A stretch of DNA of 64,000 bases from Vulcanimicrobiota bacterium (GCA_963812155.1 CAWETW010000001.1:576001-640000); one strand, 5' to 3'. Counted from the stretch's first letter, positions 51,710-61,724 are shown. Program-made: numbers and translations. The notes: generated from the letters alone by a model not told the origin.

Positions 51710-52927
51710 ATGAATAGCGTTAATCTGCGCCGTTATGCGTTGAGCACCGCGGCTTTGGCTTTACTCGCGGCCTGCGGCGGTTCGCAGCCTCCGATCCAGG
51801 CAACGCAAGCGTTCGCACATCGCATTCCGGCTACCCAGAACTACGAGGTGCTGTATAGCTTCGGCAACGGCGCCGACGGCGCAAACCCGGCAGCGGCGTT
51901 AGTTGCGTTGAGTAACGGTTCGGGCTGCTGCTTCTACGGTACGACACAATATGGCGGCAAATACAACAAAGGCACGGTGTTCGGGTACGGGGCTGCCGGC
52001 GAGGCCGTGCTACACAGCTTTGGCGCCGGCTCCGACGGAGTTTCTCCGCAGTCGGGTTTGGTCGAAGTCAACGGCGCGCTCTACGGAACGACGCCCTACG
52101 GCGGGAAACATGGCGACGGTACGGTCTTTAGCGTCAATCCAACGACCGGCGCGGAGACCGTTTTGCTCGATTTTAACGGTCACGATGGAGCGCTGCCGTT
52201 CTCGGGACTGCTCGACGTCAGCGGCACGCTCTACGGCACAACCTACGAAGGCGGCGACGGCAATCGCGGAGTCGTGTACGGCATCACCACGAGCGGTACG
52301 CAAAAAGTGGTATATAGCTTCCACGGGCGACCGCACGGCGGCAACCCCGACGGCGCATCGCCGATTGGCGGCTTGATCAGCATGGACGGTTTGCTGTACG
52401 GCACGACCGATCAAGGCGGTAATTCGGGTGACGGGACGGTCTTTAGCCTCAACCCCGCTACCGGCGTGGAAACGGTGCTGCACGCGTTTGACGGGTCCGA
52501 CGGGGCAAACCCCTGGGTGGGATTGCTCGACGTAAGCGGCACGCTCTACGGCACCGCACAAGGCGGCGGAACGAATGGCGACGGCACGATTTTCAAACTC
52601 ATTCCGCCGACGAAAGTGCGGCCTATCGCTTTCGCCGTGGTTCACGATTTTGTCGCGGCCGAGGGAGCGCGGCCGCGCGCGCCACTCGTTAATTTCGATA
52701 ACGAACTCTACGGCACGACGAGCTTCGGCGGCGCATCCGATAAAGGCGCGATGTATAATATTTCGCTGCAGGGAGCGTTGGGAGAAACGCATAGTTTCGC
52801 CGGCGGCCCCGGCGACGGATCGCAGCCGTGGGCGGGAGTGCTGCTGATGGACGGCACGTTGTACGGCACGACGCTCAAGGGCGGCCTATACCGTAAGGGT
52901 GCGATCTTCTTGTGCGAGTTCTGTTAG
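51710..52927 (+). CDS. Choice-of-anchor tandem repeat GloVer-containing lipoprotein
   Basis: LAAC lipobox; repeated LYGTT..GG...GTVF. Confidence 0.9.
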   Translation: MNSVNLRRYALSTAALALLAACGGSQPPIQATQAFAHRIPATQNYEVLYSFGNGADGANPAAALVALSNGSGCCFYGTTQYGGKYNKGTVFGYGAAGEAVLHSFGAGSDGVSPQSGLVEVNGALYGTTPYGGKHGDGTVFSVNPTTGAETVLLDFNGHDGALPFSGLLDVSGTLYGTTYEGGDGNRGVVYGITTSGTQKVVYSFHGRPHGGNPDGASPIGGLISMDGLLYGTTDQGGNSGDGTVFSLNPATGVETVLHAFDGSDGANPWVGLLDVSGTLYGTAQGGGTNGDGTIFKLIPPTKVRPIAFAVVHDFVAAEGARPRAPLVNFDNELYGTTSFGGASDKGAMYNISLQGALGETHSFAGGPGDGSQPWAGVLLMDGTLYGTTLKGGLYRKGAIFLCEFC

Positions 52928-52933
52928 CGATCG

Positions 52934-53218
52934 TCAGCGAGGGCGAACGATAATGGCCGTCTGCCCCGCGTCGAGCCAGACGGCACGGGATACGTAAGGG
53001 CTCGTCAGCCAAGCGAACGCGGCGTCGACCTCTTCGCGGGCAACGCCCCGCGTGCTGTTATATGCTGCGAGCCGGGCGTCGAGCAGGCTGCGCGCAACGT
53101 CGCGGGTGAAGTTCGGCGGAGCCCCGTCGCCCATTGCGTGCGCCATGCGCTGCTGCTCTAAGCCGAGTTCGATCAACCACGACGCTACGACCCGCAGCCG
53201 CTTCGGTGCGCCGTGCAC
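52934..53218 (-). CDS. Hypothetical protein or gene fragment
   Basis: 94-aa protein-like ORF lacking a clear start. Confidence 0.35.
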   Translation of the reverse strand: MHGAPKRLRVVASWLIELGLEQQRMAHAMGDGAPPNFTRDVARSLLDARLAAYNSTRGVAREEVDAAFAWLTSPYVSRAVWLDAGQTAIIVRPR

Positions 53219-53490
53219 CGTCTCCCAGGCGAGATCGCCGAGTGGATCGGCGGCGAAGCCAAGCCGATCGCTTGAGGGCCGCGCTGCGCTACACTAACGA
53301 AAGATGTCACTTGTCACGACTAGGTAAACGAGCGTGATGCTAAGATCGAAGCGAGGCCTGGCCTGACGTTCCGAGATCCTCATGTAGTGTCGCCAGCCCT
53401 GAGACCAGGGATAAACGACTAGGGATAACCCTGGTTTGCCGATTGCATGCGCTGACGAGAGTACAGCCGATGACCGATTGCTGGCATTGG

Positions 53491-54048
53491 TTATGTGAGC
53501 AAAGAGGCTGCTTCGTCCTCCAGCATAGCGTACAGGTATGAGCTACGCCAAGTTCCCTTTTGGAAGACGTCACCCTGGAATTCCGCTTCGCGACGCATCC
53601 CTAGCTTTTCTAATACTCGCCACGAAGCCACGTTGCGCACATCGCAGGTAGCCCAAACACGATGCAGTTGTAATACAGAGAACGCTACGTGAAGAACTGC
53701 GCGACTGGCTTCCGTGGCATAGCCTTGGTTCCAGTAGCGCTTATTGAATGCGTATCCAAACATGGCGGTTCGATTCGGTGGATCTAGAATTGTAAGACCA
53801 ACTCCCCCGATCACTCTATGCTCGGCAAGAAGTTCGGCCGCTAGTAGCACTTTATCGCGAGGCCACGTTAGCTGATCGCGCAATCGAGACGACAACAAGT
53901 CGTGTGTCTCGTGTGGCTCGTTTGGTCCCCAGTCAACATACTTTGAAATGGCGGGGTCGCCGCGATACTCATGGATGTCTGCTTCATCGTTAGCGGTAAC
54001 CTCTCGGAGCGTCAGGCGGGTTGTCCTAATCGGAAACCACTTTTCCAC
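53491..54048 (-). CDS. GNAT acetyltransferase, RimJ/RimL type
   Basis: TTRLTLRE, YWNQGYATEA, NVASWRVLEKLGM. Confidence 0.9.
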   Translation of the reverse strand: MEKWFPIRTTRLTLREVTANDEADIHEYRGDPAISKYVDWGPNEPHETHDLLSSRLRDQLTWPRDKVLLAAELLAEHRVIGGVGLTILDPPNRTAMFGYAFNKRYWNQGYATEASRAVLHVAFSVLQLHRVWATCDVRNVASWRVLEKLGMRREAEFQGDVFQKGTWRSSYLYAMLEDEAASLLT

Positions 54049-54094
54049 AACCAAAGTATACGTCGCGTATTTCCAATTACGCAATATAAAGGTT

Positions 54095-54132
54095 GATACT
54101 ACATAAGGCCTCGGAACTTCCGGTTTTCGGCC
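54095..54132. repeat. ~38-bp direct repeat, copy 1
   Basis: GATACTACATAAGGCCTCGGAACTTCCGGTTTTCGGCC. Confidence 0.75.
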
Positions 54133-54159
54133 ATATAAGGGGGCTTCCAAGCCTCGGGT

Positions 54160-54672
54160 TTAGGTTTTCTTATCGAGGTTCAGCGCAAGGACCACTCGGC
54201 TACCCAGTTGATCCAATCCTAGCGCTTTCTCGCGTTCGCGAAGCCTTTTTAGTCCGGTCGTCAATTTCGGTAGAGGATTGAACCCCCGCTTCAGATAGAA
54301 CGGAGCATTCCATGTAATGTGAGCAAACGTAATCAACGTCAAACGAGCGTACCCACACTCTCGTGCTGCTTCAATGACGTGGCACAAAAGTTCGCTTCCC
54401 ACGCCTTTCCCCGTATGCTTGGGAACCACCGACATCTGCTCCAAGTGGAATTCTCCATCGATTTCGATGGCACGAACGAATCCGACTGGCGGATCACCGG
54501 CGACAAGCGTGAAGAGCGATCGTCGATACGTTTCTTCATCTGCTGGCGAAGGTAACGGACCTATACCCTGCTGCCGAAACAGTTCATCGGCAGCATATTC
54601 GATTGCAGGAAGTAGTGCTATGTCCGCATCCAGTGCCTTGCGGATTGCGTAGCGCTTAGATGAGGCGGCCAT
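54160..54672 (-). CDS. GNAT acetyltransferase
   Basis: HLEQMSV.P.HTGKGVG, WNAPFY.K.GF. Confidence 0.9.
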   Translation of the reverse strand: MAASSKRYAIRKALDADIALLPAIEYAADELFRQQGIGPLPSPADEETYRRSLFTLVAGDPPVGFVRAIEIDGEFHLEQMSVVPKHTGKGVGSELLCHVIEAARECGYARLTLITFAHITWNAPFYLKRGFNPLPKLTTGLKRLREREKALGLDQLGSRVVLALNLDKKT

Positions 54673-54779
54673 CAGATGGCCGAGGTTCTGACTGATTCGT
54701 CAGTCTTCCGCCATCCTGCTGGTAGATCAGGTTACCAATCCTGGCTTTCTGGTTATCGATCCGCAATCTCCGGGCTGAC

Positions 54780-54816
54780 GATACTACACAAGGGCTTCGG
54801 AACTTCCGGTTCGGCC
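54780..54816. repeat. ~38-bp direct repeat, copy 2
   Basis: GATACTACACAAGGGCTTCGGAACTTCCGGTTCGGCC. Confidence 0.75.
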
Positions 54817-55032
54817 CCTGAGACCTCGCGTCTTATGCGAGTTCCGTCCATGTAACATCGATCTGCAGGCAGCGCTGCCGACGCTCGTCAACTGGTTCCC
54901 GCGGATCCTTCTGCTCCGAGTTTTCTTCGCGTATTTCGCCTATGCCGCTAAAGCTGAAAGCGAACCATGATAAAGCAGTTCCCGAAGGAGTATCCAGCGT
55001 ACGTCAGCCGAACGAAAATGCTCGTCCCGTTT

Positions 55033-55896
55033 CTACTGTAAAAGCGACGCGCTCGGAACGCTCTCAGACGGCCTCCGAACCGCGGAAACCTTGACCACCT
55101 GGTCGAAGCCTTTGAGCCTTACATGGCCGAGGTCTTGGAACGCCAAGCTTTTTCCGATGCACAATTCTGCAACCACGTTCGACACCAGACTCTGTTCGGG
55201 CTGAGCGTGCGAACAAAGCCTCGACGCGAGTTGAACCGTCGATCCGAATAGATCGCGATTACTTTCCACCGGCTCTCCGGCAGCCGCGCCGATTCGAACT
55301 TTCACACAGCAGTCGTCGTTTTCCCACGTATGTTCCGCTAGCGTTTGATGAATGGTATTCGCACATCGAACGGCTGATGCAGCCGACAAAAACGCTGCCA
55401 TTACGCCATCGCCCGTGTGCTTGACTTCACGGCCTCCGAACGATTCCAGAGCACTTCGCACGATTTCGTCGTGAACCCTAAGTAACGCCATACCAGCGTC
55501 ATCACCAAGGCGTTGAGTCATCGACGTCGATCCGACAACGTCCGTAAACAGAATCGTTCTTATTCCGGAATCGTGCTCGTTCCCGGCGTTGCCGGGCACA
55601 AGGGCCGCACCGTCCGAATTCACTTCACTTCCGCCTAGAAAGCCTTCCGCGACCTCGGGTGCGACCTCGATGATCTTCACGGCGACGAGACCGTGCGCCT
55701 CGCGATGCACGCTCATGGCTGCCTCGGGATCCGGCGCGGTGCAAAGGCAGAACACCTTGCCTTGGGCTTCATTGAGCCAATACTTGTGATAAACCACCCC
55801 GTACTTGCCCTGAGTCGCAACATCTGCCGCATGCGCGACGCCAACCGCTTGTGCGGTAACTCCCGGAATCTCGTGGATATCCATGTACGTGGGCAC
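55033..55896 (-). CDS. DUF4242 (SCO4226-like nickel-binding) domain fused to class III cyclase
   Basis: YMDIH..AHAAD..KVFCLC..VHREAHG; LFTDVVGST, KHTGDG. Confidence 0.9.
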   Translation of the reverse strand: MPTYMDIHEIPGVTAQAVGVAHAADVATQGKYGVVYHKYWLNEAQGKVFCLCTAPDPEAAMSVHREAHGLVAVKIIEVAPEVAEGFLGGSEVNSDGAALVPGNAGNEHDSGIRTILFTDVVGSTSMTQRLGDDAGMALLRVHDEIVRSALESFGGREVKHTGDGVMAAFLSAASAVRCANTIHQTLAEHTWENDDCCVKVRIGAAAGEPVESNRDLFGSTVQLASRLCSHAQPEQSLVSNVVAELCIGKSLAFQDLGHVRLKGFDQVVKVSAVRRPSESVPSASLLQ

Positions 55897-55918
55897 GCCG
55901 CGGTCCGTGTCTTGGAGT

Positions 55919-56434
55919 CTAAGCCGGAGGGCCGGCGGAAACGGATATCTCGGGCGGTTGTCGGAGCGTCTGATACACGACGCAATATCGTTCGGTTAGG
56001 CGAATCAGTGTGCTGATCTGCTCCTCGGATGCGTCGGTGTCCAGTGCGAACCCAAGCCGAATTCGGCTAAATCCGACCGGTGCATCTTTGGCTACTCCGA
56101 GGGTTCCTCTGAAGTCAAGATCGCCGTCAGCTTTAACCACGGCATCTCGAATGTCGACTCCTATTGCGGTGGCCACGGCGCTGAGCGTAACTCCGGCGCA
56201 TGCGACAAGCGCCTCGAGCAACATGTCTCCGGAGCAAGCGCTCAAACCGCTTCCGCCCGTAGCGGGATGTAACCCCGCTTCGATGAGCGCCTTCCCGGTT
56301 TGAACGTTGCACGTAATGCCTTCGCCGAGACGGCCTTCGGCTTTCAGCGTGATTAACGCGGCATCTGGCTTCGCTTTGTATTGCTCTTTTATCGGCGCTT
56401 GAATCGCCCGCAGTTCTTCAGCGTTGATAGCCAT
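55919..56434 (-). CDS. OsmC family protein
   Basis: ACSGDMLLEALVACAG, TERYCVV. Confidence 0.9.
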   Translation of the reverse strand: MAINAEELRAIQAPIKEQYKAKPDAALITLKAEGRLGEGITCNVQTGKALIEAGLHPATGGSGLSACSGDMLLEALVACAGVTLSAVATAIGVDIRDAVVKADGDLDFRGTLGVAKDAPVGFSRIRLGFALDTDASEEQISTLIRLTERYCVVYQTLRQPPEISVSAGPPA

Positions 56435-56491
56435 ATGCTCCTATACTCGCAAATGCAGGTGTGCGCCCGTTTTCTAAGCCCCGGGCGATTG

Positions 56492-56764
56492 TCATGGATT
56501 TGCGAGGCCACCTGGCAAACTCCTGGAATCGATAGCGGGCGGCGACGCAACGAAGGGCAACACAGTCTTGCTTTCTGCAGCAAAGGCATCAAGTGTTGCG
56601 TTCAATAAAGGAGCAGCCTGCTTCGGGTCAATCTTCACCTTCATAACGCTGACGATCCGCTTATCATATTTTCCCGCAGTGCGATCATCGATCAAAACCA
56701 TTTCAGCCGAGTCCCCTCTCGAATGCACTATCGGCGCTACGCCTTCAAAAAGGTGGAACCGCAT
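56492..56764 (-). CDS. Hypothetical protein
   Basis: 90-aa ATG ORF co-oriented with neighbours. Confidence 0.35.
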   Translation of the reverse strand: MRFHLFEGVAPIVHSRGDSAEMVLIDDRTAGKYDKRIVSVMKVKIDPKQAAPLLNATLDAFAAESKTVLPFVASPPAIDSRSLPGGLANP

Positions 56765-57081
56765 ATCGCGGATCGCTCACCATTTGCGGTGTCTTCATCA
56801 GTAAGGGGCGCGGCCAATCCGAAAGGCTCATCAAGTTCGCAGATTTTGAAAACGTGAACAATGTGCCGTGCGAGCTTAAAGCAAGTAGCTGTGAGCCTGG
56901 AGTCCACCTATTCTAGGCTAAAGCATACGCCTAGTCGCTGTTTTAAATCTGTACGTAATCGCACCCCGAGAGGTTTGCTTTGCCGCTGGTTAGGGGAATC
57001 GCGGACAAGATAAGGACCATACACTTGGCCCGGACGCGATAGCGGGCGCCATTTGCAAAGGGACGTCGCACCTCACGCCGC

Positions 57082-57753
57082 CTAGATGACTGGGGCGGTA
57101 ATGGCTGTAATTCCCGCGCCGTTCCAATGCGCGAAGAGCGGCTTGATCGGATGGCAGCGTGAAACGCGCGGCGGTTTGAAGATGGCAGCGCACTCGCCGG
57201 ACGGGTCTCTAACGCTGCGGTATACGATACCATCGCTGCCGGCGGCGTGCAGACGGACGCCGAGGGGCTGCGATTTTTCGTAGCTGACGGGGCTGTACCA
57301 GCCGCGATTGTCGCTTGCGCGGATATCGGTGAAGTCGCCGCGCACTGAGGCCTCGTACAGCATCAGTTCGAGCATCTGCGGCGCTTCATGGGAAGCGCGC
57401 ATGAAGCGTTCGCGATGGTAGCGGACTTCGGCTATCGCCGTCGGCAATGTGTGGCCGGCGTAGAACGCACCGAATGTCGGGTCGCAAAAGCGTGACCCTT
57501 CGGGATTCGGGTGGGCGAACGGCGCCATGATCACGGTTGCGCCCGGCCCGATGACGCGCTCGGCCGGTGCAATCGAAGCGATCGCGCCGAGTTGCTCGCG
57601 TAGACGCGGATTTGTGCGCGCGTCGAGTTCGAGCAGTGCGTCGAGTTCCGACTCGTCGACGAGGCGGTCGAGGATTCCAACACTGGGGAACCGAGTCGAA
57701 ATGATTCTCTTCGCCGCACGCCAGTGGACGCGCGAGGTTGGAATGGATGACAC
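57082..57753 (-). CDS. RES-domain toxin
   Basis: RIIS, GSRF...GAFY...AIAE, GIVYRSVR. Confidence 0.9.
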   Translation of the reverse strand: MSSIPTSRVHWRAAKRIISTRFPSVGILDRLVDESELDALLELDARTNPRLREQLGAIASIAPAERVIGPGATVIMAPFAHPNPEGSRFCDPTFGAFYAGHTLPTAIAEVRYHRERFMRASHEAPQMLELMLYEASVRGDFTDIRASDNRGWYSPVSYEKSQPLGVRLHAAGSDGIVYRSVRDPSGECAAIFKPPRVSRCHPIKPLFAHWNGAGITAITAPVI

Positions 57754-57754
57754 C

Positions 57755-58153
57755 TTAGCCGCGTTCGGCGTCGAGGTATGCGCGAACGACGTGCAAATCG
57801 TGCATCGTGCCGGAGAGCATGCGTTTGAGTGGTGCGTGGCCGGCAAACAGCGGCGTATCGTTTGCGCGGTGGATCCACGAGTCGGCGGCGTTGTCGTCGG
57901 GGAGCAGAATATGCAGCGCCTTGTAGATTCCAGTGAGGTACGAGATGCGATCGAGCGTGTCGTGCGAGAGGTTGGCGCGTTGCGGCTGGCTCTTCCACTT
58001 GTACAGCGTCGACAGTTGGGTGTCGTCGAGGCCGAGGAGTTTCGCTTGCTGAGCGCCCGTCAGGTGCCAGATCTCGGCGAGCCGCGTGAAGGCACGGACC
58101 GCCGTCGGTGCGAGGTCGCGCCGGGAGAGGGTGGAGACGGCGGGGGCGTCCAT
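57755..58153 (-). CDS. Xre/MbcA/ParS antitoxin
   Basis: RISYLTGIYKALHIL, VRAYLDAERG; directly upstream of RES gene. Confidence 0.9.
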   Translation of the reverse strand: MDAPAVSTLSRRDLAPTAVRAFTRLAEIWHLTGAQQAKLLGLDDTQLSTLYKWKSQPQRANLSHDTLDRISYLTGIYKALHILLPDDNAADSWIHRANDTPLFAGHAPLKRMLSGTMHDLHVVRAYLDAERG

Positions 58154-58210
58154 GGGTGTAGGTTACTCCAGATATGGAGTATGAGTCAAGATTTCTCTTA
58201 AATTGGAGCC

Positions 58211-58343
58211 GTCCTTCGACTGCGCGCCTGAGGGCGCTCCGCTCAGGATGACACCAAGAGAGGGCGCCTTCGCTCAGGATGACACCGAGGAGGCCGGCGG
58301 TCCTTCGACTGCGGCGCTACGCGCCTTCGCTCAGGATGACACC
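58211..58343. repeat. REP-like cluster (three CGCTCAGGATGACAC units)
   Basis: GTCCTTCGACTGCG...CGCTCAGGATGACACC; same family as 39149-39298. Confidence 0.85.
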
Positions 58344-59861
58344 GGCAGCGTCGACCAGCTCGCCGGAACGGATGAGGGTGCGGGCGGAGGCGATGTCGGG
58401 GGCGGGGGCGCGGTCTTCGGTCCAGGGCGCGATCGTTTGGCGCGCGAGATCGTGGGCGGCATGCGTGCCGGCGCCCGAACGCAGCGGTCGCCGCAGATCG
58501 GTCGCGGCGAGCGCGCCCAACAGTTCGCACGCCAGCGCGCCTTCCACGTTGTCGAGCACGCGCTCGAGGTTGTTGGCCGACGTCATCCCCATGCTGACGT
58601 GATCTTCTTGCCCTGCCGACGTCGGGATCGAATCGACGCTCGATGGCCACGCCAGCCCCTTATTGTCGTTGACGAGCGCCGCGGCCGTGTACTGCACGAT
58701 CATCAGCCCCGACTGCAGCCCCGAGCGCCCGGTCAGGAAGAGCGGCAGCCCGCGATCCTCGGCGTTGAGCAGCAGGTAGAGCCGCCGTTCGCCGATCGAC
58801 GCGAGTTCGGAGATCGCAAACTTCAGAAAGTCGATGGCGACGGCGATCGGTTCGCCGTGGAAGTTGCCGCCGGACAGAAACTCACCATCGTCGGGAAACA
58901 CCAACGGGTTGTCGGTCACCGAGTTCGCCTCGATCTCGGTCACCCGCCGCACGTGGGCGATCGAGTCGCGCACCGCGCCGTGCACCACCGGGATGCAGCG
59001 GAACGAGTACGGATCTTGCACCCGTCCGCACTCGGCGTGCGATTCCACGATCTGCGATCCGGCCAGCAGCGCCCGCAGATTCTTGGCGACACGCATCTGC
59101 CCCGGATGCGGGCGCAGTTCGTTGAGCCGCCGGTCGAAGACGCGCTCGCTGCCGTGAAACGCCTCGAGCGACATCGCGCCGATAACGTCGGCCGCCGCCG
59201 CGAGCCGCTCCGCGCGCAAGACGCCGAGCCCGCCGATCGCCGTCATCATCTGCGTGCCGTTGATCAGCGCCAGCCCTTCTTTTGCGCCGAGCGTTACGGG
59301 CGTCAGTCCGGCTCGGCTCAATGCGTCGGAGCTCGACAGCCGCTCGCCCTGAAAAAACGCCTCGCCCTCGCCGATCAGCGTCAGCGTCATGTGCGCGAGC
59401 GGAGCGAGGTCGCCGCTGGCGCCGACCGATCCCTGGCACGGCACCACCGGCGTCACGCCCCGATTGAGCAACTCGACGATGAGGTCGAGCGTCTCCGGCT
59501 TGATGCCGGAATGGCCGGCCGAAAGCGAATTCGCGCGCAACACGCCGGCCGCGCGCACGAGCCGCGCGTCGAGCGGCGCGCCAGTGCCGGCGGCGTGGCT
59601 GCGCACGAGGTTGAGTTGCAGCAGCCCGGCGTCGGCGGGCGCGACCGGCACGTTGGCGAGCCGGCCGAAGCCGGTCGTGACGCCGTAGATCGCGTCGCCG
59701 GATGCGAACCGCTCTTCGACGAACGCGCGTGCCCGTTCGACGCGTTTGCGCGCCTGCGCCCCGATTCGAACCGGTGCGCCGCCGGCCGCCGCTTCGAGCG
59801 CTTCGAGCGTCAGGCTGCGGCCGTCGAGTTCGACGGGTTCGGCGGAGCGTTCGGCGTGCAC
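58317..59861 (-). CDS. hutH: Histidine ammonia-lyase
   Basis: YGVTTGFG, MIO motif GASGDL, QDPYSFRC, GGNFHG, QEDHVSMG. Confidence 0.93.
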   Translation of the reverse strand: MHAERSAEPVELDGRSLTLEALEAAAGGAPVRIGAQARKRVERARAFVEERFASGDAIYGVTTGFGRLANVPVAPADAGLLQLNLVRSHAAGTGAPLDARLVRAAGVLRANSLSAGHSGIKPETLDLIVELLNRGVTPVVPCQGSVGASGDLAPLAHMTLTLIGEGEAFFQGERLSSSDALSRAGLTPVTLGAKEGLALINGTQMMTAIGGLGVLRAERLAAAADVIGAMSLEAFHGSERVFDRRLNELRPHPGQMRVAKNLRALLAGSQIVESHAECGRVQDPYSFRCIPVVHGAVRDSIAHVRRVTEIEANSVTDNPLVFPDDGEFLSGGNFHGEPIAVAIDFLKFAISELASIGERRLYLLLNAEDRGLPLFLTGRSGLQSGLMIVQYTAAALVNDNKGLAWPSSVDSIPTSAGQEDHVSMGMTSANNLERVLDNVEGALACELLGALAATDLRRPLRSGAGTHAAHDLARQTIAPWTEDRAPAPDIASARTLIRSGELVDAAGVILSEGA

Positions 59862-59863
59862 GC

Positions 59864-60343
59864 TTACATCTTCGTCCAGTCGGAGGCGGCAGGCCTCGCG
59901 AACGGCGGCCCGGCTTGAATCACGATGCTCTCGTGGTCGCGCAGGACGATCGAGCGCGGATCGGCGCCGTGCCACGCCTTCCCGTTCACCCAAATCGACA
60001 GCCGGCTGCCATGTTTGGCGACCGCGGCGGCGGCGCGCGTCCAACTCAACTCGGCGCCCCAGATGTCGAAGAACTGCCCGAGGGTGAAGGTCCGCGTCAC
60101 CGGCGATTCGATGTGGATGTAGCCGTCGCCCGAGTGCGTGTGAATCCAGTAGAGGCAGTTTTGCACTTGTGAAATTCCGACGCCCTGCGGTATCGCGACG
60201 GCGTTGCCGTGATTGAAAATCTGCAGGTGTGCGTGGACGTGCTCGACGGCGCCTTCGGCCGAGTTGCACTGCACGCCGTCGATCGGCAATCCGCCGAAAA
60301 GGGTCTGCGCGACGACGAGCAATGCGAAGATAAAAGCCAACAT
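59864..60343 (-). CDS. Exported hypothetical protein with His-rich motifs
   Basis: HVHAHL, CLYWIHTH..DG.IHIE, FTLGQFFDIWG. Confidence 0.8.
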   Translation of the reverse strand: MLAFIFALLVVAQTLFGGLPIDGVQCNSAEGAVEHVHAHLQIFNHGNAVAIPQGVGISQVQNCLYWIHTHSGDGYIHIESPVTRTFTLGQFFDIWGAELSWTRAAAAVAKHGSRLSIWVNGKAWHGADPRSIVLRDHESIVIQAGPPFARPAASDWTKM

Positions 60344-60442
60344 GCAAGCGCGTGTTCGCCGTGCGCCGTGGATAACCCGACCGTTGCCGGTGCATAACGA
60401 AAAAAAGTTGTGGAGAGCTTGTGAATTATGTCGAGCGCACGC

Positions 60443-60471
60443 TTGTCGTGGGAATAGCTGCGTGCTATGAT
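60443..60471 (+). promoter_or_regulatory. Sigma70-type promoter
   Basis: TTGTCG-17 nt-TATGAT with extended TGn. Confidence 0.55.
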
Positions 60472-60477
60472 GCACGA

Positions 60478-60688
60478 ACTTCGACGTTCAGTTCGAAGCG
60501 CGACACACGTATCGGTCGCGATCGGAAGTACACGTGGACGTTGCGATGAGCGACGTTCCGAGAAGCCGATCAAACCGCCGATCGACGTCGGTGAGGTTCT
60601 CCCACCCGAGAACCAAACAGGCGAGTACGGTGAGTGAATACGTCGGAACCCGCAGGGGGCTTTGCCCTCAGCGGGTTTCGTTATTTAT
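60478..60688 (+). ncRNA. Candidate ~210-nt structured small RNA
   Basis: Lies between a promoter and a terminator; contiguous hairpins; no ORF contained within it. Confidence 0.45.
60646..60688 (+). terminator. Rho-independent terminator (may also serve the convergent WYL gene)
   Basis: GAACCCGC.GGGGGC-TTT-GCCCTC.GCGGGTTTC then GTTATTT. Confidence 0.65.
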
Positions 60689-61686
60689 GGTGCGTCGTAC
60701 TTGGTGGCGACTTCGGAGGCGAGCTCGGCGATGCGGGCGCGGGCTTCGGGCGGGTCGACGATTTCGGCTTGCGCGCCCCAGCCGAGCACCCAGCGTACGA
60801 GTTCGTCGGCGTCGGTGACGACGTAGGTGATCAGCGCCGAACCGTCGGCGCGACTTTCGATTCGCCGCTCTTCGACCACGCGCGCCGCGATGGCGGCCTT
60901 GGCCACGCGCGCCGCAAAGGCGACCGTGACGGCGATCGTCTCCTCACCGTGCATCACGCCGCTGATAGAGCCGCCGGCAAACTCGCCGATGCTGAAGCCG
61001 GCCGGCTTCAGGAACGTGCCGCCGAGGACGTCCGGCTCGCTCACGTTGTCGATGGCGAAGGTCCGCTTGTCGCGCCGGTCGTGATCGTAGCCGACGCAGT
61101 AGATGCGTCCGGCGTTGATGACGAAGCCGTAGGGGTCGATCGTGCGCGTCGAGCGGCGGCCGTCCTTGTCGCGATACGAAAAGCGTACGCTGCGCGAGGC
61201 GCGTTCGGCGGCCGAGAGCATCGCGAAGGCGCGCTCGCCATTCGCGTCGAGCGCGATTTCGGAGAGCCGGAATGCGACCGGAGATTCCCCGTTGGCGTGC
61301 ATGCGAGCGCCGCGCCCAGCCGTTCCGACGAGTTTTTCGGTGACTTCGTCGATCGAGGATCCGATGGCGCCGCCGATGCTGGCGCCCAGCGACCGCAACG
61401 CGACCAGTCCGAACAGCTCGCCGTTGCTGAGATCGAGGCGCTTCAAACTGTAGCCGCCGGCGAACCGGTACGTGTTGCTCGCGCGATCGAAGTGGATCGG
61501 GAAGCCCGCCTCGGCGAGAATCGACAGGTAACGCCGCAGGCTGCGAGTACTCGGGCGGCGGCCGCCTTCGGCAATGCGGTCCTTGAGGGACTCGAAGCTG
61601 TGATTGCCTTCGTCGATCGCGTTGAGCAATCTCACCAGGACGACGATTTTCGGTTCGCTCGGCGCGGCATCGAGCACAGCGGTCAT
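60685..61686 (-). CDS. HTH-WYL-WCX transcriptional regulator (PafB/C-like)
   Basis: TRSLRRYLSIL.EAG.P, RTIDPYG, RTFAIDNV, WVLGWG..AEI..P. Confidence 0.9.
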   Translation of the reverse strand: MTAVLDAAPSEPKIVVLVRLLNAIDEGNHSFESLKDRIAEGGRRPSTRSLRRYLSILAEAGFPIHFDRASNTYRFAGGYSLKRLDLSNGELFGLVALRSLGASIGGAIGSSIDEVTEKLVGTAGRGARMHANGESPVAFRLSEIALDANGERAFAMLSAAERASRSVRFSYRDKDGRRSTRTIDPYGFVINAGRIYCVGYDHDRRDKRTFAIDNVSEPDVLGGTFLKPAGFSIGEFAGGSISGVMHGEETIAVTVAFAARVAKAAIAARVVEERRIESRADGSALITYVVTDADELVRWVLGWGAQAEIVDPPEARARIAELASEVATKYDAP

Positions 61687-61724
61687 GACTCACCCTGACC
61701 TACGCCAAGGCGGCGACGAAAGTT

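Noticed and set aside
58203..59918. 571-aa plus-strand ORF
   Set aside because: Antisense shadow of hutH
60365..60432. DnaA-box cluster / replication origin
   Set aside because: Only one near-consensus box and two poor ones; no dnaA context or AT-rich unwinding element
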